Origin: Azolla caroliniana
Lineage: Eukaryota; Plantae; Polypodiophyta
DNA length: 64,000 nucleotides
Assembly: GCA_043228905.1 (NCBI GenBank)
Contig: JBHGNT010000001.1
Location: 34,038,001 to 34,102,000, forward strand
Direction: 5' to 3'
Both the position numbers and the translations under genes were made by a program. This document shows positions 26,191-39,647 of this stretch, piece after piece (position 1 is the first letter of the stretch; each line of letters starts with the position of its first letter). The notes below the pieces were generated by a model. The model saw only the letters and a list, made by a program, of their open reading frames with translations. It had not been told where the DNA came from and did not search any database.

Positions 26191-28400
26191 TTTTTTGTGC
26201 GAGGGGATCAAAACATATTTAAGGCTTATCTCGTTGCCCTTGAAAATTTGTTCAATCCACCTGTTCATCTCAACATAGGTGATTTTAGGATCTATATTAA
26301 AAGCATGGTGATTGTTATGCAAGAAATTAATAGTTTCCGAAAAAGTACTTGAATTTTCAAATGATCCATAATACCACTATTCTCGTTCCTTTTTCTCACT
26401 TGCTCTAGAAGTTATGATCAAGAAAAAAACATAAAGTTTAGTTATTGGGTTGTTGTTTTAAACTTGCGAAATTTAATTTTTTTGTTTTCATCCAATAACA
26501 AATGAATCTTTGAGTTACCAATTATTAGTTGGGTTCTCTAACTGTTAAGCCATGGATGGTATCTATCCTATCATAACATTAATTTTGGTTTCAAAAGATT
26601 TGTATGGAAAGGCATTGTCCCAACTAGTTTGCCTTTGCAATAACCTAACTACATGTATACTTTCTTTGCGAGTTCATCACAACATTCTCATAATTAGCCC
26701 TTGTAACATTGACAAGGCAAAAGATTTAGCATTAATGTACAAAAAATGTTGATCTACATGTTTGGAAAGAACATATATATCCATTTCATCTCATGAATTT
26801 CAATGAATTATTGAAAGGTTAGAATGAATATAAGGTCTCTTTCATCTTTTCGAAAGATTGTGTATTTGAAAGTGGGACTTATTCAGAGGCTATATAACTT
26901 GTTTTTTTAAACTCTAGTTGGTGGAGAAATACCTATGATCTGGTTGGAGAAATATAACCACAAGTAGCACATAAAATAAGTCATGACCCAATTTTACTCT
27001 TTTCGTAGAATTTATGAAAGAATTTGTGAGAGGGTGTGTACAGAGACAAAACTTATTCATCACAAAGCCTGAGATTGAGATCCAACAATACTGATTATTA
27101 TACCAATAAATGAATTGTCCAAGGTTGATCTTATCTCTCTAAAGGAATTTCATGTCCGCATTCACTGTGGTTGGTATCTCTATTTCCTAATAAGCGTATC
27201 TTATTTTATTGCCTTTGTTCTAACTCCCTTTATCTTATCTTTATCTATTGCGGCTCTAATTCCGTTTGTTCATGGAAATGTTTGGATCATGTTGGATATT
27301 TATTAGACCCAATGCACGAGGATGTACTAATCCAATACTTTAAGAGATTCTTGAATTACGTAAATAAATATTTTTCTCCCTACAAAAGACAAATTAGATC
27401 CATGGATGATTTTTAGGGAAGCTTTGATTTCCCCAACAACATTTTAAGGAAGAAATACTAGTACATTAATAATAATGAAGAACAATGCTTCCAAGAGTTT
27501 GTTGACTTTGAATTCTAATTATATGTTTTATTTTCCAATAATTTGAATTTGATGGCCATATTTCCCCTTATATTAGGTACATGGGACATATTGACCACTA
27601 TTTTGAAAGGGTCACCATTGTATGTTATATTGTGGAAAAACATGTGAATCATCAAAAGTTGATTGGTATGAACACATTCACAACAATCCACGGCAAATAT
27701 TAAAAAGAGTGTATAAAAGGTTAAATGTTTGAACTCGTATTTTGCATTCCAACATTTTAAGTTGCATTCCATTGTTTGTTAACTTTAAAACAATCACGAA
27801 TTTATGAAGGTGAAATTTTATTTAGGGATGATTCACAATAAAACAACTCAAAGAGTCATGATCCATGGATTTAGGTCAACTTCTTTGTTTCTTTGGGACA
27901 AGATTATATGCATTTTGCAAGCTTAAAGGAAATGTGCTAATTGATGATAGAAGCGAGGAATGGAAATTTTGGAGGAAAAGAGAAATACACAACCATGGAA
28001 TGGAGTATGCATATTCTAGAAGCAAACCAGACACACGAAAAAGATGACCACCTTTAATTAGCACCTTAAACCCCCCCATAAACCCCTGTTTCTCCCCAAA
28101 GCAACTACCACATAATATTTTTCCTGGCTGCTTGGACAACTCCAAAGAAGAAGGAAGGTACGATGTCAGACTCCCAGAGAAGCAGAAACCGGAACACACA
28201 CATGAAGATATATATATATATATATATACAGAGAGAGGGAGAGAGATCGAGAAACTCTGCTTTTGGCCCACTCACAATCTTAACATTTGGAAGCGGACTA
28301 TATGTAGCGTGTTGCTCCCAGCGATTTTGATTGTCTCTGGCTGAAAAACTTCCCATCGATCAAAGGTTAATAATAGATGTAGATATCAACACAAACGCAT

Positions 28401-28575
28401 TTACTGACCTTTGATCTATTTTGGTCTATTGCTAACGTTTTATCATATATATATATATATATATATTACTGATCTTTGATCTATTTTGGTCTATTGCTAA
28501 CGTTTTATCATATATATATATATTACTGATCTTTGATCTATTTTGGTCTATTGCTAACGTTTTATCATATATATA
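28401..28575. repeat. Three-copy tandem repeat (~55-65 bp) with variable (TA)n tail
   Basis: ttactga(c/t)ctttgatctattttggtctattgctaacgttttatca(ta)n x3. Only the TA-run length and one base differ. Confidence 0.93.
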
Positions 28576-29437
28576 TGGAACCAAAATTCCTGGCCAGGAA
28601 GAGGATGATAATGTTATTGCTACTGATACCCGTGCTGATGACATTGATATCGATGATGATGATCTTTTGTGAGGGGGCCATCAGACCAGAAAACTGGAAA
28701 AGGATAAGTTTAGTGTTGCTGTGAGTTAAGAGAGATGTATGTATTGTCTCATGAGAGATAGCCAGGAGTAGTTCCAATATGGCAAATATTTCCAATTGCT
28801 GATATTTTCAAAAGAAATAACTTTCCTGAGTCTGAGTGTCGTTTATTCTGTTTCCTAGAATAAGATAGATTCATCAAGCTCCATATCATGTCCATGGATT
28901 GGAACATGTACATAACCAAAGACAAGACAACTGTTCACCAGGTTTCTGATAGTGCGATCCGTAAATATTAATATCTGCAACTTTAAAGATTTTCCAAGAG
29001 GCCAAAATGGTTAACTATGAGACCTACGTATAGTGCTCCTGTTTTCTTGCTCAATATCCTATAGTAGGCACTCATAGATTTCATCCATTAATTATGTTAT
29101 CAATCTCGTTCATGAAGGTATCTTTTTCTCTCTATTAGATAAAGTTGAACAATTTGATGGGCACGGAACTCTAAAGAACGAGTTTCCTTTCTCATCTACA
29201 GTATGAAGCTAACACATTTCGCATAGGTGGGGAAATGCTAGTGCATGCAACCCGTATTTTCAAAGTATGATCACAATGCATCTGTATGCGCTTGTGCTAT
29301 ATGTCTGCGAACTAGATTACCACTTTATTTCATTAATGTTTATCACTTTTTGACGTAGTTTCAAATTTCAATCCCAGTAAGAGGAGGTGTTCATATATTA
29401 AATCAAGATCAAGGAAAGGTTTTTGTATACAATCTCC

Positions 29438-31129
29438 ATGTCTCATATTAATTCAGCTCTTGATATGCCTGATATACCAAGGGGTCAGCTCCCTCCTCAC
29501 CTCGAACTTCAACGAACTCGAGTTGTCTGTAGACCCGATGCTGCTTCTTATGTATGTGTTCTAGTATAATCCTTTTTCCGTTGCATATACAAGACATACG
29601 GATATATTCTCTTCTTTTGAGTTTATTTCATCTGGTTTTTTCTTACACAGCTTTTATTTTCTATTTTTCCCCCTGTAAACTCGTGCAGACAGAAAGGCTA
29701 CAGTTCTCTGGTGCATATTCGTTGTCTGGTGTTGATAACAGCCTCCGTTTGACAGATTTTTTCAAAGATTTCCGTGTTGAGATAATTTCTTTTAACAGTG
29801 ATGACATTGAATTTGATATGATTGGCATTGATGCTGCGATAGTGAATGCTTTCAGAAGGATTCTGATTTCAGAGGTATATTGGTTCATTGTTTTTGTGCA
29901 ATTTGAAATAATACAAGGGTCATATCATATAAGGGATTTCCTTACAAAATTTAACTGTATTCATTTCATATGAAAGATACCCACAATGGCAATTGAGAAA
30001 GTTCTTATTGCTAATAACACATCTCTCATACAAGATGAGGTGTTGGCACATCGATTGGGACTAGTTCCTATCAAAGCTGATCCCAGACTATTTGAATACA
30101 AGTCAGGTAACTTGATGTGAATTATACGTTCTGTTTTGTGGTTTGGGATTAGTCTAACACGTCTAGTGTTTTTTTTGATAGAAAATGATCTGGCAAATGA
30201 AAGGAATACGATTGTCTTCAAGCTGAATGCAGTTTGCACGAAGCAAGATGGACGAGTAAAGAACAGTACAGGTACATCTCTATTCCTCCATGTTGAAAAC
30301 TCCATATCCCACATCCTGAACGAATTATTGGGATATGTAAAAGTATTGCGAATTTTCTGTGTAGATTGGTAATATATTTACCATCAAATTGGAGATATTG
30401 TGAACAAGACTTTCTTTGTTAGCGATATACTCATCTGCCATTGTAAATGGATTGCTTGCTAGGTACATGTCTGTTTGGAATTTAGGCATTTTTATTTTTT
30501 TCCATGACATGTGAATTTGGATCGCAATGTCATAACCGAACAACAATACACTGTTTGATGTTCAACAAGATATCACCTGTAAGGCTGGGGACATTGAAGA
30601 ATATGTTAACTGATATCTGAATAGATAATGTTTTCCATTATGGGTTATGACTACATTATTACCATAGTTTCTCTATTCTTTGTATTTTGACTAAGTACAT
30701 ATGATATTGTGACAGTAAATGGGTGTTGTGTATTTACAAATATAAGCTAAATGTGAGGTGTTGGAATGCTTGTGATATTGTGTATGGTTTTTTCTTATTA
30801 TTAATAACAGCCTTTTGATGGGATGTGCAGTTCGATCTGAGGAATTGCGGTGGCTGCCAAATGGGAGTGAATATGAGGTTCCTTCTTCTGCGAAATGCAA
30901 GAAGACGTACACGTCTTTTACATGTAGTCAGGACACGTTACCACTTCTCAAGATGGATCCCATTATCTCACGATATCCAGACATCACACTCGCCAAGCTA
31001 CGTCCCGGCCAAGTCAGTCAGTGTCATCTCTAATTCTTAGCCATAACATTCTTGGAAGCTCTAGTGCTTATTTTTAGATTGTTATAAACTCTTAACAGAA
31101 TCTATGGAAAAAGCTTATATATTTATAGA

Positions 31130-31202
<73 letters not shown>

Positions 31203-32350
31203 ACCACCTTATTCATTAGGACAATTATATTCTTGATCTATCTCAATTACTCCTGTTTTTTATTGTTTTTTTACACTTTTTTAATGGTTTATTTAAGATG
31301 GTCATCCCCTGAGATCTAAAAGCCATTAACAAGTGCATGTTGATGTAGTTCCTAGGACCTTTCTATGGCGCGTTTAATAAAGTTTTGCACCTACATTATG
31401 GAGAGACAAAATTTTTAAAAAGATAAAAGGTTGTTTTTCCTAAAGTTAAATTGATTTTAAGCTGTTGGGATTTATTGTAGTGTATTGAATTGGAAGCTCA
31501 TGCAATCAAAGGTATGGGAAAAACACATGCAAAATGGTCTCCTGTGGCAACTGCGAGGTACAGGATGCTTCCAGAGGTAAGTCATCCTCATTTCCAGTGG
31601 AAGTGAGAGCTGAGTGGATGAATGTATGTATGTATGTAAATGTTTGTTTACTATATATGTGAATTTGTATTGATGATACATCCTATAAGAGGTTTTTGTC
31701 ACGTTTGATTGATAATCAGGCTGATAAGATGTTCGTCATTCTTAGGTGGTATTTCTTGAAGATGTGTGGGATGAGATGGCAGAGGAACTAGTTGAGAAAT
31801 GCCCAGTGAACGTGTTTGATATTGAAGATCTGCCGAAAGGTAAAGAATTATAGGAGTGGGTATTTACCAGAATGCCCTACAGTTTTAAAAAATGACTGAG
31901 ATACCCCCCCCACCAAAGGGGTGTTGCAATGATTCTTTTAGATTCTGGAAAATACTGATCACGTTAGGAGTTTAATGCTTCCTTTATGATGATTTATTTG
32001 AAAACAAGAAAAGTTGTTAACGTGAATTGGCAGGCGCAAAAAAAGCTGTCGTCACACAGCCAAGAGTGTGTACACTGTGTAGAGAATGTGTGTTTGGAGA
32101 TGGGTGGGATACTCGTGTACAATTGCGTCGTGTGAAAGATCACTTTATATGTATGTTTAACATGTTGCTTATCTTTTTCAATGTTATGTATAAATGATAA
32201 AGACTCAGTGGTGCAAGAACTGATGTGATACTTTCTTTTGACACAGTTACTGTCGAATCTGCGGGTGCTCTACCACCTGAAGTTTTGTTCATTGAATCAG
32301 TGAAAGTTCTAGAGGAGAAGTGCCAGAGAATTTTGTCAGAGCTTTCATAA
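29438..32350 (+). CDS. RPAC1: DNA-directed RNA polymerases I and III subunit AC40 (RPAC1/RPC40), 9 exons, ~370 aa
   Basis: Exons 29438-29551, 29689-29874, 29977-30106, 30182-30271, 30831-31012, 31481-31576, 31746-31839, 32034-32150, 32247-32350 (1113 nt). Motifs: [128 protein letters not shown]. Confidence 0.95.
31131..31201. repeat. Long (GA)n microsatellite (~35 units) in AC40 intron 5
   Basis: Uninterrupted ag run. Confidence 0.95.
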
Positions 32351-33216
32351 AATTGAAAATCCTAACGTAGAGGGAGAGGGAGAGGGAGGGAGGGAGGGAG
32401 GGAGGGAGGGAGAGAGAGAGTTCATTTGAAGTTTAAATGCGCCTTCAATGGGTGGCTTTCAAGTAAGTTGATATAGAGACTGGAAGATTCAGCTGCCATT
32501 GATGGGAGTGATCATTAATAATTGTATATGGTCTTACAATGAAAGCATGGCTTGCTAGAAACTATTTGTTAATTATCTACAAATAAGGGCTCTATTGATG
32601 CCTTTTTGTTTCAAACTTATAAATGTTGTTTATTCTGAGAAAACACTAGTGGGTAGTGCTTGTACCCAAACCTTCTTTCCATTGGATGTCAATCGTGGTG
32701 ACCATTTCTTCCTATAGATAGATGGATATTGGGTTGGCTTACCTAAAACCATGGCAATCAAATTGTTAGATTCTTTTTAACTGTATATGATTTGTTTAGT
32801 TACATTAACGAGTTTATGTAGGAAATTCCAAATGAAGTTATACATGCTGAAATTTTGCCTCGCGAGGAATTTGTAGTGGGGATATAGGATGTGTGGAACT
32901 TATTTTGATTTCAACTCAAACTCACTGTGTTTTATAGTCACACTAATGAATTTTAAGAGCAGATTCATGGAATTAAACACATTGAAACTTTGTTTACAAT
33001 ACAGTTGTTGCCTTGCTTCCTAGTAAGGAATATGTAGCGGGGGTTAAGAACATGTGGAACTAATGTTGATTTTGAAACTTCTTCACAAATGTCAACAAGA
33101 AGTAAGATTTTGAATGAAATGATATTTTTGGGTGATATGCAAACAGCCTTAAACGTAATTTTATCCTATGGTGGTTACATCTTCCATGAGAACTTTGATT
33201 ATATGCCTTGTTAAAT

Positions 33217-33430
33217 GAGTTTCATTCCAAGGGCTTAAAAGGTGCTTTGCATTTCATTGAAAATGAGACATTTCAAATTCATTTTGGCACCTGAACAATG
33301 ACCATGATCTGCCACAACAAACCGAGTTTCATTGCAAGGGCTTAAAAGGTGCTTTGCATTTCATTGAAAATGAGACATTTCAAATTCATTTTGGCACCTG
33401 AACAATGACCATGATCTGCCACAACAAACC
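33217..33430. repeat. 107-bp near-perfect two-copy tandem duplication between the convergent AC40 and DUF1664 3' ends
   Basis: gagtttcatt(c/g)caagggcttaaaaggtg...gccacaacaaacc at 33217 and 33324, one visible mismatch. Confidence 0.95.
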
Positions 33431-33958
33431 GTGGTTTCCTATTTTTCTTTTATTTAATCTGTCCTTCATAGCTAATTCAGAACAGACCTCTCATTGCAAA
33501 GGGCATAAGATACTATACTGAAATGTATAAACATGCAATAGATTTTATCATAGTAAGAGATATGATACTGGATACATCAAATATGGTAAACACCTCTTTG
33601 GTGCATCAGTTTTGTCACATGAGAGAATTGAATGACAATGATTTATTTATTGCAACATGTCATATACACATCAAGATTGGCAGATTCTGTGCATAAATTT
33701 GCATGAAAAAAAAAAATACGACCACATGAAAATTTTCTAGTGGTGTCTTAACAATACATTAAAGCTAATTCCATCTCAACAGTGGTCTTCCTTATAAACA
33801 TATCTGCAGGCAAGAATGGACGACCATCATAAGCTGCATGTCGGAAGTTCAACTCTGCAGGTTGCCATCAAACAGCAACTGAGCCATCATTAAGTGAGAA
33901 ATTGTCTATGGCATTCTTCTGATTTCCAAGAATTCTTTTCAAAAATTGGAATATTTTT

Positions 33959-36900
33959 TTACTCTGACATCACAATTGTTTGGGCCATGCGACTTCTAGT
34001 CCTATGCACGGCTCCAGCCGGAGTTACACTGTCAGAGGTGACCTCAGATGTTGTCGATAAAACCTCTATATCACCACTTTTGGTAGGTGTCTCATCAGAC
34101 TGCAAGGCATCTTTGAGATATTGCAATTCCTGTGGTACACATATTCCTTTACATCAGTCACTATCACTCAGTACACGATACATACCCAAGCATCTGTTTT
34201 ATATACCTTCAAACCACCAAGTCCCATTCCAGATGATGGTGATCGCTCCAATCTTGCTTTCCCTGCAAAAGACTGCAGCAAAGAAATACATAGCTTTAAT
34301 TTGATCAATTTTTGTTTTAATTCTCTTCACCAATTTTTTCAATGTATTTTATTAAACTCACTCTTTTACTGGGTCTGAAAGCCCCTCAAAACCTGATATC
34401 ACTTAAGCATGCGACAATGAAATTATTGATTCCAGAGCTCGTGCATAACATGGGCAATATAATTGCATTGTTCGTATGGTAATTTCACTAAAAATAAATA
34501 ACCGTCAAAGGGGATACCATTTTGTCATAACAAAAAGCAACTTTTGCTTCTTCAATATATTCACCTTTTTATGTTACTACCTTCTAGCCTATGGCCTCTT
34601 GCAGAACTTATATATGACTAATCCTTGAATACCTGTAATCTATCCTTCCACACATACCCGTATACAACTATGGTCAAGATCAAGTAGTGTCCCTGCCTAT
34701 TTTCCTCAATGCTGTTTGCCTGTTGAGAGATAAATTGTTTTGAAATTTTAACTTCAACAATCCCTAGACCAGTAACACCAGCAACTCGGGACGTATTTCT
34801 ACTTCAACAACATTTTTCTGTTTTAAATATGTTGGCTTTGTGAGGCTGAATGTACAAAGAACTCCTACCTGCAGAAGCTCTGGCTTTTGAGGGCCAGTCA
34901 CAGCAAGACCTTGGACAAAGTGGCACAAATATACAACTCCAGCATTGGTAAGATCCTGCAAGTAAACATCAAGATTAGCCCCATCTTATTGCCTTTTTAT
35001 CAAATAAAAGACCACAAAGCTCTGAGCTTACTTGTTTTCCTTCGATTTTCTCAATCTTGGTTCCCTGTGTAGATAGATCCCCATGATAATTGATGTGGAA
35101 ATCAGATTGCAGTTCAATCAAAACATTCACTTGGAATCTCAAATAGATTATTAATCATAGTTAGCATACAAACCAGACCCTCAACAAGGCGTTGCACACC
35201 CTCAATATCAAGTCCCATTTGAGCCAGATTTTCACGTACTTCACCAACCTTCAATATCACACCAAACACAATAATTAATTTACACATCAAATGACATATT
35301 ATGGCCTCTCATTATACAGAGCATGTTAGAACCCATACTTCAAAGCGTATAGCACCAGTTATTTCTTTCTGTTCATCCATTTTGTCATTCAGCTTTTCCA
35401 TGCGTTGAGTTAGTTGTTTTTTTGCAGCCTGCAGAATCACGGTGATTTCAGTACAATGCATACTATTATTGTAAATGAATGGTGCAACCATTTCAGCAAC
35501 AATCATTTTAGTAGAATATAAACTGCACTCTTGCCATGTACAGTGTATCTAGAAACTCACAGCAAGTGCTGTAGAGACATTTTCTAGTTGTTTGTTGAAA
35601 CTAGAAACTGCATTGGCCATATTCTGCTTCGTGACATACATAATGTCAGAAAAAGACCATCCCTGACATATTGATGCAAAATAGTTAGTGCTCTCTTCAA
35701 CAAAAACCAAATTTTATATACATCTATAGAGATGAATGAAAGACTTGTTTCTCGTTTCAATGAATCATCTCATTCATTACTATGCTGAGGTATTACCATA
35801 ATCTTGATCGTCCTATTCATATTACCTTCCACCACATATAGCCATATCCAACTGCACCCAAGACTGCTATTGGGATGATATATGACCCAAGATTGTCTGC
35901 AAGTTTGATCATTTTAATTTCAGTATGCAATTAGATAATATTCCGAAGATAATGCTTAAACTTGATTTCAGGACACTTCCATGTTCTCCCCATTAGCACC
36001 TTGCTCTGGTTAGTTTAGATGCAGATTGATTTGCAAATATAAATGATGTGATACATAATGTTTCAAAGAGCACAATTTATAAAATCCAGTATGCAATTAG
36101 ATAATATTCCAAAGATAATGCTTAAACTTAGATTTCAGGACACTTCCATGTTCTCCCCATTAGCACCTTGCTCTGGTTAGTTTAGATGCAGATTGATTCG
36201 CAAATATAAATGACGTGATACATAATGTTTCAAAGAGCACAATTTATAAAATCCAAGTGAAATCTTAGGAAAAATCTAATTTACAAGACCACAGCAAATT
36301 TGCTAGTATATTTCGACAATAACTTATACCCTTTCTGAGCTACTCGACAATTTAAATGGTGTTCATTTTTAGTGCAGGACCAGAGGAATGAGTTCATTGT
36401 TAGCAAAGGTGTTGAGTTCCAGTTCATTGGCAAACACATCCACCGCACATTATAAACTGATAGTTTGGCAGGAAGCTAGAACGAGAGTTTCAAGGATGAA
36501 AGTTTGGGCTGTCACGCTGGGCTAAAAGAGAAAAATGGAAGCTCGGACATTGATAAACATAGTGAGTGGTAATTAAGTGGAGAATAAGAACGCAGGCCTC
36601 AGATATGCATGGAAATAGTAGGGACAGTCAGACATTGTAGCCAGAATTTTTCTGACAGAAAAATACAAATGGAAAATTGAGTTTGGGCTCCCTTCCCTGT
36701 ATATTCACATAATATATGCGAACAATTACATCTATTTTTGGGGTCAGAGTTTCAGCTTGTTTTGAGGGGTTGAAAGTCTGTTATAAAAATGAAGATTAGA
36801 TATCAACTACAATTTATATCCCCATCTCTGTTATAAAAATGGAGAGAATATCTTGTATGTTCTTTGGGTCACTTTCCACATTTAATTGATGTCACCATCA

Positions 36901-39089
36901 TCTAGCAGAATCAAGGTCTTCATTGTCATGTTCATTGCCATTTCATCTTTGAATAAATAAAAGAATATATCAAGTGAATGAGTTAGAGTAGCGTACTGTT
37001 TTGGCCTGATGCATTCACAACTGTGATTTGTCTTCCACCATATAATTGTCGAACTTCTTGAGCTAGGCGCACAATCTATTATTCAAAAGACAAAATATAT
37101 TATCCAAATTTTACCAAGGAAGACAATGCACTTTGCTACTGAACAACAGCAATCACCAGATGTACACTTTTATAGCAAGGAACTCCTATATTAAACATCT
37201 GCTAAATGCCATCAGGTATGCATGCAAATACATCATGACCACTCACCAATAGCTAGAGAAGGACAAATGTCATTAGATTTTAAAAAAGACACGGATATCC
37301 ATCATATTATATCTAGGCTAATGGTTCACAGAAGGCTGGAGTGTCGCAAATGTTATCATGGCCATATCTACCCATCAATAACAAGTAATGCTCTCACAAA
37401 AAAAGTTATTTGAAATGTAATATCACTCTGTATGGGTCTGTGACCTTCCTGATTTATATTGAAAGCATGGAATCATAAAACGTCGTCTAATAGCCATTCT
37501 ACTTTTCTATATTGAATAACATAATATGTTATTATGAACAATGAGAGTTAAGAATGTCCTTACAAGACATGGATGGATCGCATTTTAATAATTTCTCTAA
37601 CATTAACAACTACCTTACTAAAATCCCATATAATTTCTCAAGCATCCAACGATACGTTCACTAGACTCTCTCATATCACTTTTTTAGAAGGTCTCTTTCT
37701 TCACATTCCCATTGTGAAATTTGTTTTGTCTCCTATAATATATTGTTGTTTTAACATTATTTTATTCATTTTCCATTTTTTGATGATAGATTAAGCCTGT
37801 ACCAATACATGTAGTTTTTCTATTTTTTCATTATTCTATTTTTTTTACATAACTGGCATACTCAGAAAAGTGCTATTTTGACATTTTAACTGTTACAGAT
37901 AACAACTCTCCCCCTTGCAAAATTTAACTGAAAATATGAAAAACTAGGAAAATAAACAGACCTGAGCCTGAATAGCATCATTCTCAGAATCCTGACCTCC
38001 TGAATCACCTTTTTTACCTTTGAATAAATACTCCTGCACATGTTAATGGCAAGACTAAAATAAGCTCATAATCCATATTTTCATTATTAATTGTTTATAT
38101 GCATAAGATGGTTTACAGGGTGTTTATTGTTAGTGAAGCATCCTGTTGTAAATAACAGAAGCAAAACATTCTATGAGATAGAAGTACGATAAGACTCCCA
38201 GGCTTCGTAATATTCCTTTTTTATATTATGACAACGAAATGGCACCTAGACACAAGATCGCACAGGAGTGTTTTTAAGCATTGGGCTAATGTCTTCATAG
38301 AACCACAATACTACTAGAAATTAACCAAACAATATTTGTAAGTATCACCTAAGCTAGCAGCCACCCCTTTCAATATAAATATAAATGTCGCTGAGAAGAA
38401 GATGTCTAAGCGTCGAATTTCATCCACAAAAATATACATATTGTTTCACACGCCTAATTAATTGGCACATATAGGCACATGCCAAGATAAGTAAAAACGT
38501 TTTCATCTATTTAATGATTTGTTAAGATCACTTTTCTCATGAAGGGTTCAACTTTCCTAACAATTTTGTTTCTCTCCCTTTCGGAGTACTAAAACTACTA
38601 ACTTTTACATAATATATAGAGAACTTTGAAAGCAATGAAGCATTAAAAATGCACCTGTATATTTGTGATAGTATCTGACAGTGTAGCTTTCCCGAGGACC
38701 ATGTGTCCAGTCATTCCTGCACAAAACAAATGTTCTTGAGAATACTGGCCCAAAGAGAAGTGAAGATAAATGCCACAATCCACAACTGATGAGAATGCTT
38801 TGAATGTGTTAGACATCAATTAAGCAAATTGAGGACAAAAGACTCAAAATTAGAATGAAAAACAGAAATATGAATCAAATATTACTGTGTCCTATATGCT
38901 CCTGATGAGAAAAAACATACTACAAATTGGAAAAGAAATAGAAACATTGAAATTTAGAGAGTCAAACAAATATTTCATGGCACCTTTCATCATTTCTAAA
39001 CGCTGATTAAAAGCAAACCATGACCATGTTAACATAAAATCTAAAACAATTTTTGAGAGATGAGCAACGATACACACACACACACACAC

Positions 39090-39134
<45 letters not shown>

Positions 39135-39647
39135 TCAATACGTAGCCACAGTTGCATATAACGTATAAAAACATCTTTTATTGAAATGAGCTCCACTCTT
39201 CTTTCATGAGAAACATTTCATTTATGTAATTATTGACTAACAAAGGAGAATCTCCTTTTCATTTTTGAAATTGGACGGTGGTTAAATTTTGAATTTATTT
39301 ATTTAAATTTGAAAGGAGAAAGCTTCAAAATGTTGTGAATTTCTTTATGAACTCTGAACAAAGAAATTTATTTTTTGTGCTTTCATTATCGATTCTGAAG
39401 GAAAAAAGCTTCAATATATTTATGAAATTCATGAATCTGTAGAATAAAGAAACTTAAAATTTTGTGAATTTTCTTCTCTAAATATCTAGAAGAAACAAGC
39501 TTCAAAATTTGATTAATCAGAAAGATGGCTACTGTTAACTAAAGAAAGAAAGATAAAAAAGGGTCGCATGAAGTTTATAAGCAATTTACCAGCGCCAAGA
39601 ACAAGAATGATGACTTTGGTGCTAGCTATTCCTGTCTGAGTAGCCAT
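33959..39647 (-). CDS. DUF1664-family membrane-anchored coiled-coil protein, 12 exons, ~321 aa
   Basis: Exons 39647-39590, 38716-38655, 38033-37962, 37075-36997, 35896-35826, 35662-35561, 35428-35339, 35248-35174, 35064-35032, 34955-34869, 34272-34207, 34129-33959 (966 nt, in frame). Hallmarks: KVIILVLGAGMTG, IPIAVLGAVGYGYMWWKGWSFSDIMYVTKQNMANAVSSFNKQLENVSTALAAAKKQLTQRME, KIEKIEGKQDLTNAGVVYLCHFV. Confidence 0.88.
35921..36255. repeat. 166/167-bp two-copy tandem duplication in DUF1664 intron 4
   Basis: cagtatgcaattagataatattcc...cacaatttataaaatc at 35921 and 36087, with ~3 substitutions and a 1-nt indel. Confidence 0.95.
39071..39132. repeat. Compound (CA)n(TA)n microsatellite
   Basis: Visible runs in DUF1664 intron 1. 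Confidence 0.9.

Noticed and set aside
28401-28575. Repeat with variable intervening sequence, superficially CRISPR-like
   Set aside because: The 'spacers' are only (TA)n runs of different length, the context is a eukaryotic intron or leader, and there are no cas genes.
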